Origin: Hydrolagus affinis
Lineage: Eukaryota
NCBI GenBank assembly: GCA_012026655.1
Contig: JAAILG010000341.1
Span: 1 to 64,000 of the forward strand
DNA length: 64,000 nt
Direction: 5' to 3'
Numbering within the stretch: the first letter of the stretch is position 1; each line of letters starts with the position of its first letter. Under the pieces are notes generated by a model, which saw nothing but the letters and a program-made list of their open reading frames with translations, did not search any database and had not been told where the DNA came from. Position numbers and translations under genes: made by a program. Positions 53,401-64,000 of the stretch are shown in pieces.

Positions 53401-53764
53401 GCTTAAAACCATAGCACATTCATTCGGTGGTTTTAGTTACAAAGTCCACAGGATAGAAAGTGAAGCCAGTTGAAAAGGTTTATCTGCTGAGCCCATATTG
53501 AAAGTGGAAGATGTTGGAAGACCTCAATATTATGGTCACCTCCCCCCTCTCGCTTGTTGTCAGACTCTGTCTCTGTGGGACTCTACCCTGCATGAAGGAC
53601 GCTATATAAATGCATGTTGTTGTTGTAGTAGAACTGCCGTAAAAATGTTTGATGTGACCTTTGCCTCCAAAATGAGAAATACATTGATACTGCAATCTGA
53701 ATATCATTCCGCACATATAACATAATATAACATCATGCCTTCAGTGAAGAAAAATTGCAAAAAC

Positions 53765-53876
53765 AATTGGGGATAGAGTGAGGGAGTGGGACTAATTGAA
53801 TAGCTATTTCAAAGAGCTGGCATAGGCATGATGGGATGAATGGACTCCTTCTGATTTGTAGGATTCTATGGTTCTA
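53765..53876 (+). mobile_element. CR1 3' tail
   Basis: GGGAGTGGGACTAATTG..AAAGAGCTGGCATAGGCATGATGGG..ATTCTATG. Confidence 0.75.
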
Positions 53877-53904
53877 ATACAGATATTAATATTAGAATGT
53901 AATA

Positions 53905-54219
53905 TAATAATAATAATCCTTGATATAGCAGTTTTCACATCTTATCGACATCTCAAAGCGCTTCACAGAGTATACTGTAAAGTGAATTGACTGTATATTT
54001 GTGGGCGAAATGCGGCAGCCAAATGCGCACAACAATGTCCCACAAATGGTCATGGATTGAAATGACCAATTTTTATTATTGTGTTTTTTTTTGACAAATT
54101 ATTATTCGGCATGTGGAGTAAGGAAACTTGCCCAAGGTTTTGCCCTGATCTCTCTGAATTTGAACACATGTCTCATGCTTAGAAGGCGAGTGCTCTAACC
54201 ACTGAGGTACAGGAGCTCC
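53905..54219 (-). mobile_element. Full-length tRNA-derived SINE, short subfamily
   Basis: Head, core and tail on the reverse strand. Confidence 0.9.
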
Positions 54220-54542
54220 AATATAGATTTTGAACCACAAATATTTTAGTCAAGCAACACCAATTTATTTTCACCAAAAGATCATGTGAGAGGCTCTTTG
54301 ACACATTTGAAGCCATCCTTTGGGGAGAAATTCTAAGATATTCTCTATTTATGCAGCATTTTACAGAACACGCAGAAAAATATCTTGAACACTAAGGCTG
54401 TATTTAAGAATTCACCAAATCCTGGATGCTCTAAAATGATTTGAGTAAATCTAGATGCAAGTCTCACGATTCATGTCCTCTCATTACAGCTGTTTCTTAA
54501 ATGATTCCTGAATGCTAGCACCCTTCCTAGTAACCAGTTCCA

Positions 54543-54931
54543 TAATAATAAGACATGCATTTGGCATAGTGCCTTTTCAAGTCTTCAAAACGTCTCAAAG
54601 CGCTTCACAGATTATACTGTCAAGTGAATTGACTGTATATTTTGTGGGCGAAACATGGCAGCCAATTGCACACCACAGTGTCCCACAAGCAATCATGGAT
54701 TGAGTGACTACATTTTTATTCAGTTATTTATTTACTAATTTTGAAGCGATTATTAACCCTGGAGAAGCAATCAGCCAATTGATTAACAATCAGGTTCCTA
54801 CTTACTGCTGGGTAAACACAGACGTGTGGAACAAAAAGCTGTGGGAGCCCAACATTTCGCCCTGTCCAGGAATCCAACCCAGGTCGCTCGCTTGTGAGGC
54901 GAGTGTTCTATCCATAGAGCCACAGGACTCC
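54543..54931 (-). mobile_element. Full-length tRNA-derived SINE, long subfamily
   Basis: Head, middle segment, core and tail on the reverse strand. Confidence 0.88.
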
Positions 54932-55564
54932 ATCCCTGTAGCTTAGCGTTGATTGCAAAGCAGTATTTCTTGGTAAACTGTCTGGAATCATTTCCTTTAC
55001 TCTGTATTTTTGGAGATAGGAAGACCATTACTTTAAAACACATGCCAGAAGTAGCCTCGGCAATAGATATATTTGACCACTCTCAAATCCCATAGCATGT
55101 GAAAATACATTCATCAGTCCTTCAAGCCACAAAACCCACTGACATTCACTTGGAGGATGTGCAAAACATTGTACACAATTTTTATTGAAAGCAGACTTAA
55201 AGGTTAGTTCAGCAAAACTGATAAGATTAAATGTGATAATATTGTGATGTTAATTTCGACTCAAGAAGAGCTACAGCAACAACAACTTTGATTTATAAAG
55301 CGCCCTCCACACTGGACAGCGTCTCAGAGCGCTTTAAGAACCATTCACACAGAGTATTTTCTTGGAGTTCTTTAGTGATACATCGACATACATTTAGTTC
55401 AATACCAACAATTTACAATGATGTAGCACCTTAAATGTCAGGAGAGCATGTCAAATAAACTAGTTAACTGAAATTCACTGATGCAGCAAACACACATTTG
55501 AAGCTTTTACAAATGGTCAACTGTAATCTTTAAGGCTGATTACTCGGCACTTCTGTTGTCTGCC

Positions 55565-55878
55565 TTAATCTGCGTGGAATACACTGCCTGAAAAGCTGGT
55601 AGAAGCAGATGTGATCGTAGCTTTCAAAAGGGAACTAGATACAATAACAACAACAACAACAAGAACTTTGATTTATATAGCGCCCTCCACGCCAGACGGC
55701 GTCTCAGAACGCTTGACAATAGTGGATCCCGGGACCGAGCCAGGGCTAGATAGATACCTGAAAAGGAAAGAAAAAATGCAGGGCTAGGGGGTACGAGTGA
55801 GGGAGTGGGACTAGTTGTTGAGCTAGTACAGACTGAGTGGACTTCCTACTGTGCTGTAAGATACTATGATTCTATATC
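55565..55878 (+). mobile_element. CR1 LINE 3' end (interrupted)
   Basis: TGGAATACACTGCCTG..TTTCAAAAGGGAACTAGATA (WNxLP..FKRELD) and a CTGTGCTGTAA..CTATGATTCTAT tail. Confidence 0.8.
55643..55750 (-). mobile_element. Short L2-type 3'-end insertion with 7-bp TSD, nested inside a CR1 fragment
   Basis: TAGATAC occurs at 55636-55642 and 55751-55757; (CAA)n tail; CR1 sequence resumes after the insertion. Confidence 0.8.
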
Positions 55879-58719
55879 AACGACAAATTGCATTGAGATA
55901 GCGTTCCTCAGACTAAGGACACACAACAACAATATTACATTTGTAGAGCGCTTTCATGTCGGGAGGATATCCCAAGGCGCTGAACAGTCAAGGGTCAGGA
56001 TCTGAGCATCGAGCATGGTGGGGGTGGTGGGGGGCAGAGAGAAACAAAAAGGGCTGCAGTCGTTTAAGGTGGAAAGAGGATGCAACACACATGTGCAATG
56101 TGTCTTATTTATACACTCATTTCACCACCTTGCGGAGAAATAGATTAAATAATACAACAATACAACAAAAGTACAAATTTTTGCTTTTCCTACGGGAGCC
56201 AAGGCTGTGCAAGTAGCAACAGAATTGAGTTACAGCAGTTAACAAATGGATGAACCTTTTTTCCTCCTTTTAATGTTGTGCGCATAATTTGTTGTGCCAA
56301 GCTTATGTTGATTCGGAAGATAAGGGTTAATAAGTCGCAAGCTTCTGTTCTTTCAGATGCATTTCCAGGTTTGCAGGTCAGAATTCACATATTCTAGTCT
56401 CTAAAAAAAACTGATTCATTGGTGAAAGCACTGCACTCTGGTGTTGCCTTTATGGGTATATCTTTTAGCAATGCTCATAAAAACTCAATTCATCAACATG
56501 AATTGTTGACTTTATTGCATGATGTCATTAACAACGAGCTCACAATAGGGTGAATTTGTCACATAGGCAGGTGGTTTGAGATCTCTCAGTGATACCGAAT
56601 GATATAAATTCTAGTTTTTTTGTAAATTTATGCCAAAATCCAGGCAGTAAACACAGCTGCCTTGATTCTCTTCCAGAATAACAGCTTGGAAAGACATGGA
56701 GGAGTTCTCTAAATCCACCTGAGGACCCGGCCTATAAACAAAATAATGGCAGCTTGTTGATGGCTGGATAATGTGGTGGACTAAGACACTGGTCAAAGGC
56801 CAGATCTTTTGCTTAGAAAAATCATGCTTCCAATCAAGCCGTCATATAAATGACAAAATCCGCCTTGCTGATGGTGTTCAGAAACTGTAACTAAATAGAG
56901 TTTTGGCAACTTGAGTATCCTCTTACAGGAATGGGAGTCTCTAGTATTAGATTTAGCTGGTTTGGCAACGCCAGATCAAGGGTGAACATCTGGAGAATGG
57001 ACACATGACTTGATGTAATGGGACATCTTCTGGTTTGGGGTATGGGTGTTTGGGTACATTCCTGTGCTAAACAGCATAACGCGGTCTCCAAAGCATTAAC
57101 AGAAATATTCTTCTATTCAGCACTAATAACCTGCTGTCACTGTAACACACAGTGAGACCCGCTTGTACTTGGGAGACCAATGCTATGCGTGGAAAAATAG
57201 AGCTGAATGGATACCTTCTTGGAGGTACAGTGAAGAGTATAAATAGAATAAGAGCTGCATTATTCTAGGAATTGTGTCATGTGTAAAGAGCTAACTGCTA
57301 ACTCAAAGCGATCTGAATGTTTATTAGTTCAACATTGTTGCACTGATTGTAGTTATTCAACAACAATTTCAGCACATGGGTTATTCAGAAATCTATACTA
57401 TGCAGCAGCTTATTCATTTTTACTGCGCAGTAAATCACCATGTGCTTTGAAAAGACCCGAAATGGTTAAAAAATGTGCGGTTAAGATTTATTAAGCAAAT
57501 GTATAAGGAAACTAATTAAAATGTGGCATCCATAAACTGTGATATATCCACAGACTGTGAATTCAAAAGACAATTTTCACCTGGACTGAAATATGTCTAC
57601 CTAATTAAGGATCGAAAGTCAATAAAATATCTGCTGAAATCACTTACATTAATTAGTCATCTTTTCTAACGTTCTCTTTTGGCTTGTGCTGCAGATATAT
57701 TGTTTCAATAGTCATTTAACCCTCTAAGGCCCACTGTCCTGCTCCAATGGTCAATACATCTTTTGTACATTTGCATTGCTGAAATATTGTTTGACTTTAA
57801 TTTGGAATGCAGATTGCTTTTAACATTACCCCCATCCTACCCCCACCACTGAAAATAAAAGAAAATATAGAACAACAGATTAATGTTTAAGGTAATGCGA
57901 GAGAAGCTTTCTAGAAGAATTCTATTGTCTTTAAATCTATTATTAACCAATTGCTGAACTCGCCACCAAATGTGTCAGCAAGACATTAAGCAACAAGTCC
58001 CTTCAAATGATCTACAAAGATGAAGAGCTACAAAGATCAGAACCTTTTTCCCAGCAAGCAAATCCTCTAACTTTGAAGCGAAACCATCAATTGTATGTCA
58101 ATTATTGTATGTACCTTTTTTAGTTTTACATTTAATCAAATAGGGCAACTATCATTGTCATTATCAACAAGAGCATGTTTTAGCTTTGGAGATCCCACAT
58201 CAATTCCTTGACAATTAGATGAACAGCACAATGTTGGGTTTAGCTTTATTTGGGAGAAAACATTTCCCAAGCAGATATTTCCACAACTTTTTTTTTGTTT
58301 GAGGGATATTTCCCTCTCCAATGATGCACATCTGTTCATCTCACAAGGGAAGTCACTATTCCAGAAAAGGAAAAATGCCAGAGATCCTGATTGTTATGGT
58401 GTTTCAGAATTAATGTTTAGTAACGTTTGTATTTTAAAGCTAAATTGTGAACAATAAAACAATAAAGGTAGTAGTGGAACAAATGGAGATTACTGTTGAT
58501 TGCCCAATAACTTGGCATTGGAGCACTTAGCAATAGAAATATTATTAGTAAGATGAGTTACTGCCTGTAGTTAGGTTTGTAACAAAGGGATTGTTCCTCA
58601 GTCATGAGGAATGAAGGAACAAGTCCTAGTTTATTTTTGCCCTAAGTCTGCATCATTTAATTCTTAAGGTCTATCTGGTGAGTATGTTACATGGGTGAGC
58701 GAGAGCGCAAGCGCGAGCG

Positions 58720-58722
58720 AGT

Positions 58723-58755
<33 letters not shown>
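58720..58755. repeat. (GA)n microsatellite
   Basis: Direct read. Confidence 0.95.
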
Positions 58756-61700
58756 CATGGATGAGTAATTTCGATCCAAGAACACTGTGACCAAAGTGGA
58801 ACTCATCAATGATCTTGAGATCTACCTGTGATTGTTAGCTAATGAGAATGAATTCCGTGCAATAGTGCTATCACACGGATATTAGCAATGCTCTATGGAG
58901 CAGAACCATTGTTTAACAATCTAAAATCCCTCCCGAATTAACAGAATCAAAAATGAAATGCTTAAGAAGAAGGGGAAAGAAAAGGATATTAGCATGCCCA
59001 ATATAATTTGTTATGCAGCCATTGGATAAGGTTTACCTGGATTGTGACATAATTATAGCCTCTGTAAAACAGCTGTTGGAACCATTTATAATAAAATGAA
59101 TCTGCCGTACTCTGATTAATCAGATACATCTACAGATAGGACAGGAAGCTATAAAGACATACTGCACTGGTTTAATTTATTGTCATTTTAGTTGTCAATT
59201 TAATTACTAGGCTTTATTTTAAACTGCACGCCGAGTATGCAATGTTGAAACTATACAGTTATTTAAGCATTGCATTTAAGCACCAAAATCCATTATGAAA
59301 ATTTAGGCATAATTCAAGTGTGGCATAAACAGGCAGAGAAATATTTTAAAATTTCAATGCCGCTCTCTGTTGGGACAATGAAGGGAATGGGTTGCGGATG
59401 GGTAATACTACAACAACAACTTGCATTTGTCCAGTGGGCTTCACGCAGGGTAGTGTCCCAGAGCATTTGAGTGTAAGGCAGCATTAGGAAACGGCAAGAA
59501 GCAGAACACAATGAAAGCCAAAAAAAAAGACTTGACAGGAAAGTCTTAACAAAGCATCTCTGGCAGAGATAATGCAAAACAATTGATAGCACTTTTAATG
59601 TTTTGCTTTTAGCACACAGCACATTAGCATGTTTAATTGTTCGTCTCAGTAAAATACCGGGGATAAATGGAATTACATGATTGGTTCTATGATAATGTTT
59701 GACTCTAGTTACTCTGAAAGCAAAAGCTGGTGCAGATTTTGATCAACGTCTTTGAGAAAACAAAACACAGGAGAGCCTGGAAAAATACAGACTGCACAGG
59801 GGATTTTATTTGTCATCCAAAGTCTGAAAGGTTGTATGCATAATAGACAAAGACTCTCAGTCGGTTGACAAGGGAGTTTCAGCATTCCTCCCATTTATAT
59901 TGCTCGGGAAATTCTCACATGTCATCCTGTAGCCTAAATTAATAATACTAGTAATAATTGTTTGATTCGATATGGCACATGACATCACGTCATTGAGACG
60001 TCTGGAAGTGCTTCACATAATATACTGTAAAATGAATTGACTGGAAATTTTGTGGGCAAAATCTCAAATTCATCGCTATTAATAATAATTATTATAATAA
60101 TCCTTGAATTTGATATAGCGCTTCACAGAATATACTATAGAGTGAATTGACTGCATATTTGTGGGCGAAACGCGGCTGCCAATTGCGCACAGTAAACCCT
60201 AAGAGAACCTCTCGGAAACTTACTGCATCTCTCAATAAACCAGAGAATTAGTAGCAAACCCAATTCTTGACGACTGCAGAATTGACATTGGACTACCAAA
60301 AAATGCAGGTAATTTCCTGTACTCAACTACCAGCAGGAAAATCAGATATGTGCCCCACTAGACCACCAATGAACTCACATCCGCTTCGACTCTCTGGGGA
60401 TCGAATGTGCACAGACCACCAAACCACAAGGAAATGTGATGCGAGATCGCTACCTAAAGAGATCTCTACCTAAAGTACCCAGACCTCCGTGAAGCCAGAC
60501 GCAAACCCACAATACCATGAGGTGAAAAAGTGGACGCCAGAAATAGCACGCGGATAAAATTGTGGCAATTCACATAACGATTTGCAGATCCTAATGGCAA
60601 AGTAGACAGCGAGTCAATAGCAATTCCTGGATCTGTCGCAGTCGACCCAGCTTGCAACTTCTTGGAAGTCTGAGCTGAAATCGGCATTCCAGATGTGTCC
60701 TGAAACCAGGGAGATTCACTCCTGAAGTACTGAGAATAGCAGATTTGTGCCTTTACCGCTTTGGTTGTGCTGCTGACATGAGCTAATAATTTAAGCTCTC
60801 GATAAATGTTATTCCAACAACAACAACTTGTGCCTTGGGATGTCCTCCCGACGTGAAGGTGCTTCAGAAATGTAATTTTGTTGCTGTTGTCCCTCCCTTA
60901 TGCAGGGCAGCATCTCAGAGAGCTTGAACCACCTTCTCACTGTAAATTGTGTGGACAAGGTTATGAACTGGGGCATTTTAACCGAGTTGAAATCGAATGT
61001 TTTGCATTACTTCAACGCTTTTATTGGCAGAAATGGTTAGATATAGCAATAGAAACCGAAGTAGAACAGAATTACCCCTCCACTCCCACCACCACTCTCA
61101 CCCTCACCCACCCCCCTACACACACATAGTCTTTGCACAGTGATATAAATAAAGTGGATTCTGAAGGATGCCTCATGTTTCTAACACTGAGTGCACAGAA
61201 GGGTAGATGAGAAGAGAATACAAGAGTATGGGAAGAGGTTTGGAGAGATGGGAGGGGTGGAGGTTCCTATGGAATGTAACCACTTGGGCCGAATGGCCTG
61301 TTTTGGTGCTATGCTATGTGATATTTGATTCAAGCCTTCGTCGTTAAAGCTCAGCATTTCATCAACGTTAGACTTTACTTTGCATAAACCACTTGATAGT
61401 AAAACGCTTGAATCAAACCAAACCGTACCAAGCTGACTGCTATGCTTTGGTATTTGTACCAATGAGACTTTCAGCAATAAAATCCCACTATGTCGCCAAA
61501 TAATGAAGCTTGGGAACACGCAGTAATTAAATCAATAGTTTATCATTCCTCTGTACGTTCTCGTTGAAAATCTGTTTGACTTAGTGAGCAACAATCAGGT
61601 ACGGCTAAAAATTGGCTGTAAATTTAACTGGGACAGCTTGTATTTTTCAGTATTACAACAGTGCATAAAGTAACTGTGAAAGAGTACTATTAAAACAAAT

Positions 61701-61890
61701 TGCTGTCATGAATATTAAGAAACAGGAACTGAAAAAAAAAAGAACTGCATTCAAGGCACTGATTTATGAACGCCATTCCGCTTGCAAATTAAAAAATATA
61801 TTAACCTCATCCTGTTAAGTGCTTGAGTGCAGAGTAGCGAATTGCTCCTTTAGTGCTCTGAGGGTTAAATTAACATTGTATTGTACTTAC

Positions 61891-62025
61891 TTATGGCGTC
61901 TACAAATTGATCAAAAAAGCTGTATGGAAAAAGTGGCTCAGGCAGCTCTCTGAAAAACATCTTTAGTGCTCCGGTGACGACATGAATGTCCTCCCACTGG
62001 CTGTCATCCAAATTCAGTTTCTCTT
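61891..62025 (-). CDS. ARHGAP15: ARHGAP15 internal coding exon (RhoGAP domain), 135 nt, phase 1/1
   Basis: Minus strand encodes (E)EKLNLDDSQWEDIHVVTGALKMFFRELPEPLFPYSFFDQFVDAI(K), nearly identical to ARHGAP15 as I recall it. Acceptor ttttcccag|AAGAG, donor ATAA|gtaagt. Confidence 0.95.
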
Positions 62026-62651
62026 CTGGGAAAACATGAGGAGAAATGGAACAACTGGTTTTAATGAAACAATTACAAGACACTAATTATTATGTTAATG
62101 TTTGCCTACTATCATCAGCAACCGTTAACAGCCTCCTGCACCTAGAGGTTTAGGACTGTGCAATTTTCCAGAGAAGAACATATTCAGTGGGATACCATCT
62201 GCAGGAATGTAACACACAAACCAACCCCCACCAAAAAAAATAAGAGATGCACACACACGCATGCACACACTGACACACATTCACTGACTAGAGATGTCAG
62301 GTATATCCGTAATGGTTTTGCTGGAGAATGAACATAGTGTTGAATGAGATTCACAGCTATTAGTATTTGGACGGGTGTGGGGGGGTGGGGTTGTGGGAGT
62401 GGGGTGGGGAGGGGGATAGCTGTGCAGCGGTAGCAACTGCTGACTGAGCTGAACTCATGGGACTGGCCTGCAGGCCTTGCGCAGCCAACACGAGACATAT
62501 GCTAAACATGGCAATTGAAAATGAGCTATTACTTTACATGTGTCAACTCTGCCACATACAAGGGAATTAAAGATAACTCCCCGGAACTTTTCTCTTTTCA
62601 CTTGAATTTGGTGTCGTTTAGGAATGTGTGGGTGGGAGACGGACAGCCTTA

Positions 62652-62680
62652 TCTCTCTCTCTCACACACACACACACACA
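62652..62680. repeat. (CT)n(CA)n compound microsatellite
   Basis: Direct read. Confidence 0.9.
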
Positions 62681-64000
62681 AACACGACGACAACAACAAC
62701 CTGCATTTATACAGCACCCCACACACAGGGTAATGTCCCAGAGCGCTTGACCAATGTCAAGCCCCCACCCCTTCTCCTCCTCAAACCCCCAAAACATGAC
62801 TCTCCCTCTGGAATCGCAAGAGTTTCCCTTTCTTCCAATGTGAAAAGAAACAATAGAAGGAACTGCACATGAATTCAAGTGGCAATGAAATACAAGTACA
62901 ATATATGCAAATCCAAAATAATTTATTTAAAAAAAACAGTTGATTCCTGACATAATTTGAGCCGCTCCTGCTTAAACCAAGCCTGTTATTTTTTCCTTGT
63001 GGGTTTTCCTGGTCTATTGTGGCCTGTTGCTTAGAAATTGAACCCATTGCATAATTGGTGTAAAATGTGTCTCACTGAGGAGGAAGTTTTCAGCACCCAC
63101 TCGTACAAATTATCAAAGTCTGGAGTGTCAACTGGGAGAAATCTCCAAACAGAGACTGTTCTGAAATTGAATGACGGTTTCTGAATAGCAGTCGAGATAA
63201 CCTCGGCGCTGCGTGCATTTAAAAGCAGGCAATCAGGGGAGATTTTCAGGCTGATGTTGTTAAGGGTTTGGAAGATGTCAGCCAATATAAATAACGAACA
63301 GTCCCAGCCCATGTCCCGCTCCCTGTCCCAGACCAATTACATCTCTCTGGTTTGGAAGTGCCCTCTCTGTAGTTAATAGCCTGAAACTTGTAGCTGTATC
63401 AAGTGCTTCTATAGCCGAGTGCAGTTGTGAGCTTCTCAAGTGCCGTTGCAGTGCTACTGAACCTGTAAATATATCAGTCCTGTCTTGAGGCAAATCTGTA
63501 TCAGTAACCTCTTTGTTATTGCTTTATATTCAGTGCAATTGCATCCTGTGTTGATCTCGGTATAGTGGTACAATAATATATCTTGAACTAATACACTATA
63601 CAGAGGTTTTGAGGATTTCAGCAAAATGTATTAGAGTGTAAAGAATGTGTGGCGTGACGGATTGTAGAGGGCCTAAAGAGACAGGAGAAAGCTTTCGAGT
63701 TTGCATTGTATTTTGTGCATTTTCTTACATGAACTTAACCTGGCAGTGAGAAACCCTTTGATGTTTGAAAGTTGCCAGGCAGATAGTTGTCATTATGGTT
63801 CTGATTGTTCGTTTGACTTTACATATCTCAACTACCCAATCACTTGACTAGATTTTCACACAATTACTACCTTGTTACACTCTTCTTTCACATTGTTCTC
63901 AAGAGGATTCCTGTCTTAATACTTAAGATATAGATGCTGCCCAAGGTTAAAAGGTTGAAATACGCAGTACAGACAATTTTCTTGGTGTCAGTTTAGCTCA

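Larger units (their letters stand above)
25015..61890 (-). other. ARHGAP15: 36,876-nt GT-AG intron of ARHGAP15
   Basis: Bounded by canonical donor and acceptor sites; splicing it out yields a continuous RhoGAP peptide. Confidence 0.88.

Noticed and set aside
61865-62083. Assignment to ARHGAP12, ARHGAP9 or ARHGAP27
   Set aside because: DDSQWEDIHVVTGALKMFFRELPEPLFPYSFF fits ARHGAP15 best as recalled; phylogenetic confirmation is still desirable.
1-64000. CRISPR array or prokaryote-type novel system
   Set aside because: The recurring short motifs are dispersed retroposon tails without regular spacing; the sequence is eukaryotic intron.

Overview
Repeat-rich, AT-rich vertebrate genomic DNA, most likely a cartilaginous fish (a chimaera/elephant-shark-type genome is inferred from the repeat families, not proven). 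There are three N gaps. The whole window lies inside one minus-strand gene, ARHGAP15 (RhoGAP). Two coding exons are present, 61891-62025 (135 nt) and 24909-25014 (106 nt). They splice in frame across a 36,876-nt GT-AG intron. I did not find the preceding exon or the terminal exon in the window. The introns contain L2 LINEs (one 1.5-kb RT-coding copy plus many 3'-tail fragments), CR1 3' ends, an abundant tRNA-headed Deu-type SINE, a Tigger/pogo-like MITE, Penelope-like inverted repeats carrying minimal hammerhead-ribozyme motifs, possible PIF/Harbinger fossils, local duplications, and repeat-free blocks that may be conserved enhancers. Nearly all listed ORFs are spurious. I see no convincing new multi-gene system. 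The most unusual element is a 198-nt TSD-flanked fold-back insertion with a hammerhead motif on each strand (36350-36547).
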